Notes: generated from the letters alone by a model not told the origin. Shown: positions 1 to 11,430, numbered from the stretch's first letter. The stretch: 64,000 nucleotides of DNA from Octopus vulgaris (GCA_951406725.2 OX597825.1:6200001-6264000); one strand, 5' to 3'. Program-made: numbers and translations.

Positions 1-340
1 CGGCCATGCTGGGGCACCACCTTGAAGAATTTTAGTCGAATGAATCGACTCCAATACTTTTCTATTTTTTAAGCCTGTTGATCTCTTTTGCCAAACTGCT
101 AAGTTACGGGAACACAAACACCAACACCGGCTGTCAGGTGGTGGTGGTGGTGGTGGGACAAACATGCACACACATATACAATAGGCTTCTTTCAGTTTCC
201 GTCTACCAAATCCACTCTTGAGGTTTTGATCAGCCCAGGCTGTAGTAAAATACATTTACCCAAGGTGCCATGCAGTGAGACTGAACCTGGAACCATTTGG
301 CTGGGAAGCAAACTTCTTACCACACAGCCACTCCTGCACC
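1..340 (-). mobile_element. SINE family A (tRNA-derived, bipartite with internal microsatellite), cut by window edge
   Basis: Reverse complement of head GGCGCAGGAGTGGCTGTGTGGTAAG; shared body. Confidence 0.8.
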
Positions 341-1357
341 TGAGCCCCATGCTAGTAGGGTATTAAGAGCACCATCTGAGCGTGATCGTTGCCAGAGCGG
401 CTATCTGGCCTCCATGCCAGTGGCACGTAAGAGACACCATTCGAGTGTGATCGTTACCAGAGTCACCTTACTGGCACCTGTGCCGGTGGCATGTATAAAA
501 CATTCGAGCGAGGTTGTTGCCAGTACCGCCTGACTGGTCCTTGTGCCCATGGCATGTAAAAGCACTCATTACACTCTCGGAGTGGTTGGCGTTAGGAAGG
601 GCATCCAGCTGTAGAAACTCTGCCAGATCAAGACTTGAGCCTGGTGCAGTCATCTGGTTTGCCAACCCTCAGTCATTCGTCTGCACGGGCACAAGTGCCA
701 GTAAGGCGACACTGGTAACGACCATACTCGAATGGTGCCTTTTATGTGCCACTAGCACGGAAGCCAATTAGCCGCTCCGTCAATGATCACGTTTGTGTGG
801 TGCTCATTGTACCCCGCTAGCACGGATGCCAGTCATTGAATTTGATTTTGATTCAGATTTGTTGTTATTTTTTGTTTTCATTTGAAAAAGGAGAAAGAGA
901 ATTCTATTTGTCAAAAGAATGATTGTTTGTTTCTGTTTCACAGAAGTGTTGTATTTATCTCGTTATCTCTCATTTTGAAAACAACCCGAAAGGATTTCTC
1001 TGTCTGTTTGTTTTATACCTTTTATTTATTTATTTTCTTTTTCAGTTAAATCTTCAATCAACTTCAATTACCTGTTCCTGTATAATTTATTCCAATTCAT
1101 GGGCTATTCTTATATCTGTGGCATCATGCAGTACCATTATTACAGATATGGAGAAGGTCAGTAATACAATGCAGATACTAAACACTCATATGTCTACTTG
1201 TGCAGTTTTTAACCAATTAAATTGGAATTTGAGTAAATTTATTGCTATTTTCATGATTATAGAAGAGCGTATGCAAAAAAAACCAACAACCTAGTGAGAT
1301 ATATATATAGTTTCAGCCATGCAGCTGTGGTCAGTTTTCATATATATATATATATAG

Positions 1358-1584
1358 AGTGTATCTTTAAACACATAAGGAATCCACTCGTGGAAGTCAA
1401 CATGCTAGAAAGAACAGCTAAGTTCTATAACCACAAAAATTAGGGGTAAAATTCGACAGGAATGAAACGAGAAATAAAATTCCTGTTGAATTTTATCCCT
1501 AATTTTTGTGGTTATAGAACTTAGCTGTTCTTTCTAGCGTGTTGAATTCCATGAATGGATTCCTTATGAGTTTAAATGTACACT
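1358..1584. repeat. Foldback palindrome (~105-bp arms, ~15-nt loop) in (TA)n
   Basis: AGTGTATCTTTAAACACATAAGG...GACAGGAAT / ATTCCTGTTG...CCTTATGAGTTTAAATGTACACT. Confidence 0.9.
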
Positions 1585-1881
1585 ATATATTATGACTAAT
1601 TCATAGTCTTTTGGGACTAAATTTTTACATGTTAGGCCACTGGAGGTGAAACATTTTAATTAATTTTCCATTTTCCTTTGATACGTTTAAGTATTATATA
1701 TGTATATATATATATAAATAAATAAAGTGATGGTTTGTTGCCAACTTAATGTGACAGTCCCATGAAAGGGAAGAATGCTACTGTTATTTAGCCCTAGGAA
1801 ACATTGTTTCTAGTTGGCCATGACACATTTCCTGTGTCCTTATGTTTTCAAAGGGGAGATAAGCACCTCCACCCAGCAACC

Positions 1882-1918
1882 AGAGACTAGTTTCAGAGTG
1901 ATTGCTCATCATCAGTCT
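1882..1918 (-). ncRNA. Minimal type I hammerhead ribozyme-like motif
   Basis: AGA CTGATGA tGAG caatca CTCt GAAAC TA GTC TCT. Confidence 0.5.
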
Positions 1919-2144
1919 ATGTAAATGACATGACAGAGAATAAAAACAGTTGTCATTTCATTTTCTCGTTACTCCTCTAGACTCATCAAACACTTTGTTA
2001 TGAAGCATACGTATGTATTGAGTTCTACATCAGGTTATTAGATGCGCTATGCTTAAGCGAAATATATATATATATTACCCAAAATGTCCTTTTTTTTTTT
2101 TAAGGGAATCTTACATACACTTATACTGCTGGTTTTTATTTCAG

Positions 2145-2272
2145 ATTCCAAACTGGATATTTATGAAACTTTAGGCAGTCAATTAATAACGGTGCAGATC
2201 ATTAGCTGCTTAGAGATTCTTCATCCTCTGCTTGGAATTGTGCGTTCCAGTGTGATTGCTTCATTTTTTCAG
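2145..2272 (+). CDS. HACD3: HACD3-like very-long-chain 3-hydroxyacyl-CoA dehydratase, internal exon (upstream exons not found in window)
   Basis: tttcag|ATTCC...CAG|gtagga; encodes (D)SKLDIYETLGSQLITVQIISCLEILHPLLGIVRSSVIASFFQ, PTPLA-family LEIxHxxxGxV motif; phase 0 joins next exon. Confidence 0.85.
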
Positions 2273-2320
2273 GTAGGAATTATTTTCCTTATTTTATCTC
2301 TTCAATAAGATTTGTGAGCT

Positions 2321-2705
2321 TTACTCTTTTACTTGTTTCAGTCATTTGACTGCGGCCATGCTGGAGCACCGCCTTTAGTCGAGCAAATCGACCCCTAGGA
2401 CTTATTCTTTGTAAGCCTAATACTTATTCTATCTTCTGCCGAACCGCTAAGTTACAGGGACTCAAACACACCAGCATCGGTTGTCAAGCGATGTTGGGGG
2501 GACAAACACACACACACACGTATATACATATACATATACACGACGGGCTTCTTTCGGTTTCTGTCTACCAAATCCACTCACAAGGCTTTGGTTGGCCCGA
2601 GGCTATAGTAGAAGACACTTGCCCAAGGTGTCACGCAGTGGGGCTGAACCCGGAACTATGTGGTTGGTAAGCAAGCTACTTGCCACTCAGCCACTCCTGT
2701 GCCTA
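2321..2705 (-). mobile_element. SINE family A
   Basis: Full copy with (AGTAAAAG) tail. Confidence 0.9.
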
Positions 2706-3017
2706 TGCTTTGTTTAAAAAAATTATAGAAGTACCATCATTTTGATGTAATCCACAGTTGACATTGACTGTTGTTTTCAAAATTCTCCACTTTTTTCTTC
2801 TCCTCGTGACTTTTGGAGCGAAAAAAGAAAAAGGGCCAAATTTGTCATAATTAATTGAATTACAAAAATAATTTCAGAATTCTAATTCTAGACCCATCAA
2901 ACTCTTCTATTACAAAAATACATTTTCATGTCATTTCTTTGTTTGTTTCTCACTTTTTGTACATCTTTGATTCCGAACTGAAATCTTGATAGAATTAACC
3001 GATTCCATTTCAAATAG

Positions 3018-3127
3018 GTTATGGGAAGAAACTTCATCCTGCTGTTAGTCGCTTGCAATAGTCATTTGCAACAGGTTCCATCATTTTGGTATTTGGTCCT
3101 TGTATGGAGTTTTGCAGAAGTGATAAG
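3018..3127 (+). CDS. HACD3: HACD3-like exon
   Basis: aaatag|GTTATG...ATAAG|gtacag; VMGRNFILLLVACNSHLQQVPSFWYLVLVWSFAEVIR, resembles recalled HACD3 GRNFIL...WS.xEI.R. Confidence 0.9.
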
Positions 3128-3214
3128 GTACAGTATTTTTATTGATTTAAAAAAAATTTTTTATTTAAAGTTCCAGCTCAGAGCTGCAGCCATGCTGATG
3201 CACCACCGTTAAAA

Positions 3215-3313
3215 TCTACCCCGGTGGGATTTGAACCCTGAACGTTATGACAGATGAAATGCTGCTAAGCATCTCGCCCGGCAAGCTAATGATTCTCCCA
3301 GATCGCAGCCTTA
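3215..3313 (-). mobile_element. SINE family B head fragment
   Basis: Reverse complement AAGGCTGCGATCTGGGAGAATCATTAGC...GGTTCAAATCCC. Confidence 0.7.
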
Positions 3314-3326
3314 AGTAACTATTGCC

Positions 3327-3398
3327 TGCGTCGGCCGGGAGTCGAACCCGGACCGACTGCTTGGAAGGCAACCATGCTAACCGTTACACCACCGACGC
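3327..3398 (-). tRNA. trnG-TCC: tRNA-Gly(TCC), intronic and antisense to HACD3
   Basis: Reverse complement GCGTCGGTGGTGTAACGGTTAGCATGGTTGCCTTCCAAGCAGTCGGTCCGGGTTCGACTCCCGGCCGACGCA: 72 nt, perfect 7-bp acceptor stem, CTTCCAA loop, perfect T-stem. Confidence 0.92.
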
Positions 3399-3584
3399 TG
3401 ATTGTTGACTTTTATGTGGAATATTCCAGTCCATAATTTGGATGGGATTTTGAAAGAGATTAGTTAAATAATAAACTAATCTAATAAGTCAGGATGGATT
3501 CATTGGAAAGAAAACTAGGTTCTTCTTCTATTTACTCATTAAATTTTACATAAAAATAAATAAATGAAAATTACTAGATTTTTA

Positions 3585-3990
3585 AGGCGCAGGAGTGGCT
3601 GTGTGGTAAGTAGCTTGCTTACCAGCCACATGGTTCTGGGTTCAGTCCCACTGCGTGGCACCTTGGGCAAGTGTCTTCTACTATAGCCTTGGGTCGACTA
3701 AAGCCTTGAGTGGATTTGGTAGACAGAAGCTGAAAGAAACTCGTTGTATATATGTATATATATATATGTGTGTGTGTGTGTCTGTGTTTGTCCCCCCAAC
3801 ATTGCTTGACAACTGATGCTGGTGTGTTTACGCCCCCGTAACTTAGCGGTTCGGCAAAAGAGACCGATAGAATAAGTACTAGGCTTACAAAGAATAAGTC
3901 CTGGGGTCGATTTGCTCGACTAAAGGTGGTGCTCCAGCATGGCCCTCAGCCAAATGACTGAAACAAGTAAAAGAGTAAAGAGTAAGAGTA
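3585..3990 (+). mobile_element. SINE family A
   Basis: Full copy; A-box TGGCTGTGTGG, B-box-like GGTTCAGTCCC. Confidence 0.9.
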
Positions 3991-4080
3991 TGGTTGCATA
4001 ATGAAGGGCAGTGTCCCTTACAAGTCATTAATTCTCTGTTTATATTTTTAAATATTTTAACGAGTTGTTTCTCTCTTCAG

Positions 4081-4187
4081 GTACCCTTACTATATGTTGC
4101 AGTCAATTAAGCGTGAAGCGACCCTCATCACTTGGTTACGGTATTCAGCTTGGATTGTGCTCTACCCATTAGGACTATTTCTAGAAG
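4081..4187 (+). CDS. HACD3: HACD3-like exon with catalytic Tyr/Glu
   Basis: ctcttcag|GTACCC...GAAG|gtgag; YPYYMLQSIKREATLITWLRYSAWIVLYPLGLFLE, with the Y-x6-E catalytic pair of Phs1/HACD. Confidence 0.92.
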
Positions 4188-4209
4188 GTGAGATTATTAC
4201 TGAAACATG

Positions 4210-4610
4210 TCATCATCATCATCATCATCGTTTAACGTCCGTTTTCCATGCTAGCATGAGTTGGACGGTTCGACCAGGGATCTGGGAAGCCAGGAGGCTG
4301 CACCAGGCTCCAGTCTGATCTGGCAGTGTTTCTACAGCTGGATGCCCTTCCTAATGCCAACCACTCCGAGAGTGTAGTGGCTGCTTTTTATTTCCCACTG
4401 GCACAGGTGCCAGGTGGGGCTGGCAATGGCCATGATCGGTTGGTGCTTTTTTACGTGCCACTGGCAAGGAAACCAGTCAAAGCAGCGCTGGCATCGACCA
4501 CGTACGGATGGTGGTTTTTACGTACCAGGGGAGGCTGGCAACAGCCATGATCGGTTGGTGCTTTTTTACGTGCCACCAGCACAGAAGCCAGTAAAGGTGG
4601 CGCTGGCTAA
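4210..4610 (-). mobile_element. Family E non-autonomous RTE-related repeat with (GAT)n tail; copies at ~341-850(+), 5085-5670(-, two), 9045-9510(-)
   Basis: Shared GGTTGGCGTTAGGAAGGGCATCCAGCTGTAGAAA and CATGGAAAACGGACGTTAAACGATGATGATG; internal GGCACGTAAAAAGCACC repeats. Confidence 0.7.
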
Positions 4611-4832
4611 AATTCCTCCCTTCTTGTGTGTTTTGTACCAACTTATTATTATCGCTCATCTTTGTTTGAAAGGGAGACCATGTTGTACAAAAGAGCTTCT
4701 TCATATTATTTATTACATTTGTGAACCAGTTATCATCCTGATTATTGCAAAATTCATATCATTTATCTCATTTTCTTTTTCTTTTTTTGTTTTAATCACG
4801 TTTTTAACTTTGAATTTCTATTTTCTTTTCAG

Positions 4833-4964
4833 GAACTATAGTATTAGCTGGAGCACCCATGTATGAAATTTCTGGCAAATTTACTTTGACGCTGCCAAAT
4901 AATTTAAATTTTTCATTTTACTTTCCTTGGTTTCTAAGAGTCTACTTATTTTCATTGATTCCAG
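4833..4964 (+). CDS. HACD3: HACD3-like exon
   Basis: ttttcag|GAACT...CCAG|gtaag; (G)TIVLAGAPMYEISGKFTLTLPNNLNFSFYFPWFLRVYLFSLIP, phases consistent (not in ORF track). Confidence 0.88.
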
Positions 4965-5866
4965 GTAAGATTATAATTATATTCCTTGTCTAATCCTTTA
5001 ATCCTTCAGCGTTCAGATTACTTTCTCAAATGGAATGCTTCTTTATTCACATTGTTTTGAATTAATCATGCATCATTTTGTAGCTTCATTATCATCATCA
5101 TCATCGTTTAGCGTCCGTTCTCCATGCTGGCATGGGTTGGACGGTTCAACTGGGGTCTGGGAAGCCAGAAGGCTGCACCAGGCCCAGTTTGATCTGGCAA
5201 TGTTTCTACGGCTGGATGCCCTTCCTAACGCCAACCACTCCATGAGTGTAGTGGGTGCTTTTTACGTGCTACCGGCACGTGTGCCAGACGAGTCTGGCAA
5301 ACGGCCACGATCGGATGGTACTTTTTATGTGCCACCGGCATGGGGGCCAGGAGAGGCTGGCAACGGCCACGAACGGATGGTGCTTTTTACGTGCCTCCGG
5401 CACAAGGCCAGTCGGGGCATAATGTCATCATCATCATTATCATCATCATTTAGTGTCTGTTTCCCATGCTGGCATGGGTTAAATGATTTGACTGGAACTT
5501 GTAAGCTCCAGTCATCTATTTTGGGTTGGTTTCTACAGCTGGATGCATTTTCAACTGCTCCAGAATGTACTAGGTGCCATTAACATGCCACTGGCACGGG
5601 TGCCTTGAACATGCCACTTCCATGGGTGCCATTAACATGCCACCGGCTCGGGTGCCTTTAACATGCCACAAAATAGAATAGGTTTTTTTTATCAAAATTC
5701 AAAATCATTGTAACAATTTGGACAGGAACTTATATTATTTTCTCCCTGGACAGACATTGTATTCCATTTTGTGAACTTTATTTAACTGATCCTTTCCATT
5801 ATAGACCACTGCTAACTAGTATCTTTGAATAACAGTATTCTAACTTGCTTTTTTGTTCTATTTCAG

Positions 5867-5952
5867 CTACCTACTTGTTGCTCAACCACATGTACAAACT
5901 GCGCAAGAGCAAACTAGCAACATTTTCCATTGGCTTCAAAAAGAAGAAATAG
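5867..5952 (+). CDS. HACD3: HACD3-like terminal coding exon
   Basis: tttcag|CTACC...; (A)TYLLLNHMYKLRKSKLATFSIGFKKKK*; HMYxxR motif and C-terminal dilysine ER-retrieval signal. Confidence 0.88.
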
Positions 5953-7169
5953 TTTTCCCCCTTTTACCGATAATTCTAAATCTTTAAAAAGAGGAAGTAA
6001 TTGTAAAACCTCTTGGTGAAATCACAACATATCCATTGATTAATGATGCATAGAAAATGATCGCTGTTCATGAAAATTATTTATCAGTCAAACAGATATA
6101 GCTGCAGATGACATTTTTAAAAGAAAATGAAAAGATTCAATATGTGCTAATTAAGAAAATTTTTTAAAATTTATGACCGAAGGGCAATGTGAATGATTTT
6201 GATTTTAGTATTGTCGGTTATGTTGATAAAACAACTGTTGTTTTTTGCATTTGTAATGTGAAGAAAAATCCTTTTTTTATACTTAAGATTATATTTGATA
6301 AAAAGCTAGTCACTTTATACTGTTTTAAAAGCTTTAATTACTCTAGTTGGCAACATCTACCGTTAAATGATTTTTTTTTTCTTTTGCCAGAATGTGCAGA
6401 CCACCATTTTTAACCATTCCAGCTGCTAAGATTTGTTCTGTCTTATTCATTAACCATTGCCCCTAAAAGAAACCACATTTGCTGTGGCTTTCTTTTTTAG
6501 CAATTTCAGTTTGGAAATGAAATAATTATATAAAAAAACAATCTTCTAAGTTCACCAAAATTACTGTAATTTGACTAATTTAATTCTCCATTTTCTTGCC
6601 ACTATGTCTCTAAGTCCAAATAACATTTTCCTTAACGACAGTGTCTTGTCTACAGATAAAGTGCATTTTTTTTTTTCTTTCGGTTCGTTAACATTTCATC
6701 AACCCAAATGCCAAGATCAATCATTAACGGAAAGCTGCTGCTTTGTTAATCTGTTCAAACATTTTTTTAAATGGAAACATTGACATAAACCCACAAATGG
6801 TTTGATGATAGAAAAGGCTAATCTTTAACTTATTCTAAAATTTACTATTTATTATGATGAGGTGCCGAAACAATTGAAATTTTCCAAATGCATTATTATC
6901 ATTGACATTGTAAAAATTCATTTTTATTTTATACGTATTTTCTCATGTTATTGGTAGAATAGTTAGAAATTCCATTCTACTTTGTGGTGAGATTTCTATT
7001 AAAGACAAAGAGAATGTCTACAGAATATATTGGAAATCTTAGAGTTACAGCATAAAGTATTGTCAGTGAAACCAAGTGCAGATGTCAGCACAATATGGCA
7101 TTTATTGAAAGCCTGAAGAATGAGAAACGGTTTTAGTAACGACAGGTTTCCTTACAGCAGGGACCTTGC

Positions 7170-7541
7170 TTCCTGGCCACATGGTTCTGGGTTCAGTCCC
7201 ACTGTGTGGCACCTTGGGCAAGTGTTTTCTGCTTCAGCTTTGGATTGACCAAAGCCTTGTGAGTGGATTTGGTTGACAGAAACTGAAAGAAACCTGTCAT
7301 ATATTTATTTATGTATGTATGTGTGTATGTATGTGTGTGTGTGTGTCTTTCTGCGTATGTTTGTCCCCCCCCATCACCGTTTGCGTTGGTGTGTTTACAT
7401 CCCTGTGACTTAGCAGTTTGGCAAAAGAGACACATAGAATAAGTACCAAGCTTAACAAATAAGCACTGGGGGTCAATTCATTTGATTAAAAATTCAAGGC
7501 AGTGCCCCAGCATGGCCAGAGTCTGATGACTGAAACAAATA
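7170..7541 (+). mobile_element. SINE family A (older, 5' truncated)
   Basis: Similarity to other copies. Confidence 0.8.
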
Positions 7542-7661
7542 TTTTTATTTTTAGGGAATAAAAAACAACTTCTGAGGTTAGCTTTCCATTCATATTATTG
7601 AAAGTCATTCTGCCAATAATCCCTGTTCAAATAATCTCTGTTGACATATTTCAGTGTTTAA

Positions 7662-8489
7662 CCTTTTGGCATTCAGGTTACTGTCAAGTGCAAAGCTTAT
7701 CTATTCACATTGGTATGAATTAGATCTGCACTACTTTTGTAGCTTTGAGGTTTCAGTGAAAGAATTGTTCACTTCTAGAATAACATTAAAGGTTAAATAA
7801 GGCTGCGAGCTGGCAGAAACGTTAGCACACTGGGCGAAATGCTTAGCGGTGTTTCATCTGTCTTTACGTTCTGAGTTCAAATTCCGCCGAGGTCGACTTT
7901 GCCTTTCATTCTTTTGGGGATCGATAAATTAAGTACCAGTTGTGTACTGGGATCGATCTAACTGACTGGCCCTCTCTCCCAGAATTTCGGGCCTTATGCC
8001 TAATGTAGAAAAGATTATTCTAAGGTGGCGAGCTAGTAGAAATGTTAGCACACTGGGTGAAATGCTTAGTGGTATTTCATCTGCCTTTATGCCCTGAGTT
8101 CAAATTTCACTGAGGGCAACTTTGTCTTTCATCCTTTCAGGGCTGATAAATTAAGTACCAGTTGCATACTGGGTCCATTTAATTGACTGGCCCCCCTCCC
8201 CCAAAATTTCAGGCCTTGTGCCCAGAATGAAAAAGAATATAAGGCGCAGCGAGCTGGGCGAAATGCTTAGTGGTATTTTGTCTACCTTTGCGTTCTGAGT
8301 TCAAATTCCGCTGAGGTCGACTTTGCCTTTCATCCTTTCGGGGGTTGATAAATTATGTACCAGTTGCATACTGAGGCCGATCTAATCCCCCCCCCCCCCC
8401 AAATTTCGGACCTTGTGTCTAGAGTAGAAAAGAACCTTATAGGGTAAGTGTGAGATGCCAGTCTTTTGGCTGGTTTAAATGCCAAAGGG
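7662..8489. mobile_element. piggyBac-type MITE with three nested family B SINEs
   Basis: TTAA|CCTTTTGGCATT ... AATGCCAAAGGG|TTAA; related left end at ~4998-5086. Confidence 0.8.
7799..8435 (+). mobile_element. Three head-to-tail SINE family B copies (tRNA head plus Meta/MESC-like central domain)
   Basis: Repeated AAGGCGGCGAGCTGGCAGAA...GAGTTCAAATTCC...GCCTTTCATCCTTTCGGGGTCGATAAATTAAGTACCAG; domain name from recall. Confidence 0.85.
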
Positions 8490-9648
8490 TTAACTAAAGA
8501 GGAGATATTTTTACAGGTTCAATGGAACCCTTATTGGTTGTTGTTTAGATTTTAGATTCTAACAATATAGCTGCCTCCCTGGGGTCCACTTCATTTCTCA
8601 ATCTAGAGGATCATTTTAAAATTTTAATCAAATTGTAAACAGTGGAAGTTTGTTATCATTGTTAATTAAGTACACGTGTATAGTTCTTTTTTATTGCAGG
8701 TGGTTTGGGATGTTTAAGATAATAGAAATACCAAAGCAGCTTTTTAAGGCAGTGCAAAAATACTGCTCTACACTTGATGTTGGCTGAGAAAATAATTATG
8801 AAAATTTAACAATGCAATTTAATGTTTAAATATTGTACGTTTTATTATTTTGATAATAAAATCAATAAAGATAAATGGAAGCTGTTTGATTTTCATTTTT
8901 TAAACTTGTTTTATATGTGTGATCTGAGAAGAGAATCGTAATCTCTGTATTTTTAAATGAGGTGTATTCCGTAAGCCAAGAGGAGAATAACTGAAATTTT
9001 GTAAACATTTTGTTTTCAGAATTGTAATCACTGTATTTTAAAATCATCATCACATCATTATTTAATGCCCGTTGTCCATGATGGCATGGGTTGAATGGTT
9101 TGACCAGGGCTGTGAAGCTGAGGGGCTGCACCAGACTCCAAGTCTGATTTAGCATGGTTTCTACAGCTGGATGCCCTTCCTAATGCCAACCACTCTGAGA
9201 GTGTAATGGATGCTTTTGTGTGCCACCAGCACAGGTGCTAGTTGCATGTCACACCTGTATCTGCCGCGACTACAGTTTCACTTAGCTTGATGGGTCTTCT
9301 TCTCAAGTACAGCATATTGTCAGAGTTCTCGGTTATTTGTTGTTGCCTGTGTGAGGCCCAACGCTCAAAAGGTGCCTTTCACGTGCCACTGGCATGGGTG
9401 CCAGTTATGTGACACAGCAGCCACAGCAATGATCTCACTTGGCTCGAGGGATCTTCTCAAGCACAGCATATCGCCAGAGGTTTCAGTCACTAGTCAATGT
9501 CTCTGTGAGGATCTAAAAACAATAAAACGCTTATAAAGAAATGAGGTGAAATGCTTTGCTGGTGAAGTTTTAGGTAACTTTAAGTCTACCTTCATAAGAG
9601 ATCCATTAAAGTTATGGAGGGGAGTTAGGACTTGAGAGGTTTTACGTT

Positions 9649-10749
9649 GCATCTTTTCGGTTCGAACGGCAGTTTTTAAAAATAATTTCCACGTAACTAA
9701 ACACTTTTAAACTTCGTATACTGGTAGAATGGTGTTTATAAAACGTCTTTTTCTCTTGGCTTTCTTGAGAAAATTCTGTAGTTTGTAAGATATTTTCTTC
9801 AATTTTGGTAATTTCAACCAATCAATGACATCTATTGAGGTGAAAACATTATCTACCGTAAAGTTTTCTGGCGGTGAAATATGAAAATGTCCCTCGTTTA
9901 AGAAACAGATTGGGTTTATTTACATTTCTGAAGAAAAAAGATACCCTTCCCCCACCCCTAACCCTAAAACAGATTGAAATGCAATAGATCGATATAAGGG
10001 TCATAATTATGGGTGGACACTAAAGAGGGAACAGTTTTGTTATCCAGCTCTGTTTACGAGTGACCCCTCAGTTTATGGCCACAGGGTATCTTTTTTCTCA
10101 AAAAACAGGGACATTTCCATATGACACCGCCATAAAATATTACGGCAGAAATCGTTTTCACCTCAATATACGTCATTAATTGGTTGAAATTGCCGAAATA
10201 CAAGAAATTAAAGACGAAATATCTTACAAACTATAGAATTTTCTCAATAAAGCCAAGAGAAAAAGATGTTTTATAAACACATTCTAGCAGTATACGAAGT
10301 TTAAAATTTTTTAGTTACATAGGCGCAGGAGTGGCTGTGTGGTAAGTAGCTTGCTAAACAACCACATGGTTCCGGGTTCAATCCCACTGCGTGCCACCTT
10401 GGGCAAGTGTCTTCTACTATAGCCTCGGGCCGACCGATGCCTTGTGAGTGGATTTGGTAGACGGAAACTGAAAGAAGCCTGTCGTATATATGTATATATA
10501 TATATATATGTATGTGTTTGTCTCCCTAGCATTGCTTGACAACCGATGCTGGTGTGTTTACGTCCCCGTTACTTAGCGGTTCGGCAAAAGAGACCGATAG
10601 AATAAGTACTGGGCTTACAAAGAATAAGTCCCGGGGTCGATTTGCTCGACTAAAGGCGGTGCTCCAGCATGCCCGCAGTCAAATGACTGAAAGAAGTAAA
10701 AGAGTAATAGAAATTATTTTAAAAAACTGCCGGTCAAAGCGAAAGATCC
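9649..10749. mobile_element. Quasi-palindromic non-autonomous DNA transposon (GGATC termini, 8-bp TSD), probably Merlin-type, with nested SINE
   Basis: TIR G(G)ATCTTTTCGGTTCGAACGGCAGTTTT; inverted arms ~250 bp; TSD tttacgtt (9641-9648, 10750-10757). Confidence 0.8.
10320..10706 (+). mobile_element. SINE family A nested in MITE
   Basis: Full copy; absent from the 55.9 kb MITE copy. Confidence 0.9.
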
Positions 10750-11384
10750 TTTACGTTTAAAAGAGGACGGGGTGTTTTGGTTTTTAAACAAGATTTTTAC
10801 AGTGGGACAGAGAGAATCTGAAAATTAGAGATCTGCTCTGAATATATGCCGCTAAAAGCACAGGAAGACCAAAAATGGTGTTAGATCGAGCGATTAAACC
10901 TAGAATACGATTGAGGACGGCCGCAGCAGAAAAACAATTCCAGCAGCTTTTCTGGATGTAAAGTGAAAGAAGATAGTAAAAGGCGGAATTGTTCCGATTT
11001 TAGTGAAAAACGAAATTTGAACTGTGAACGCACACTTCTTAGTTTGTCATCACGTGGAAAGAAAATTTAAAAAAAATGTCTTTATTAATCAGAAGATCAT
11101 GTTTTTTGTTTTCATTGGGGAGAAAAAAAAATTGCTGAGGATCTTTTTTCAAGTGATTAAATAATATTTTCGCCAGTTTCGTTGTTTGCAATTTAATTTG
11201 TTTACATTTTGTCGTATTTTAAGTAATATTTCTTCCTTCACAAACATCTCAATGAAAAGGATACAATAAATCATAAAAAAATTTTTTTTATTTCGTGTGT
11301 TACTTCATAATTATTTATATTTCCTTATAAACAGATAAAAATCTGAATTTTAAAATAAATTTAGTTTTACGAAACTACCGAAGA

Positions 11385-11430
11385 TGTTTTGGCGGAAATG
11401 ACCGAGGCCTTAATTAATTGCGGCGGTCGT
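11385..11430 (+). promoter_or_regulatory. Putative CIAO2B proximal promoter (E2F/ETS-like TTTTGGCGGAAAT)
   Basis: CpG-containing patch in AT-rich DNA ~150 bp upstream of the ATG; motif match only. Confidence 0.3.

Noticed and set aside
2481-2717. Recurrent ORFs [17 protein letters not shown] / DGLLSVSVYQIHSQGFG
   Set aside because: Incidental reading frames of SINE family A
4380-4610. Regularly spaced repeats suggesting a CRISPR array
   Set aside because: Degenerate tandem units inside a eukaryotic retro-repeat; spacers resemble each other; no cas genes
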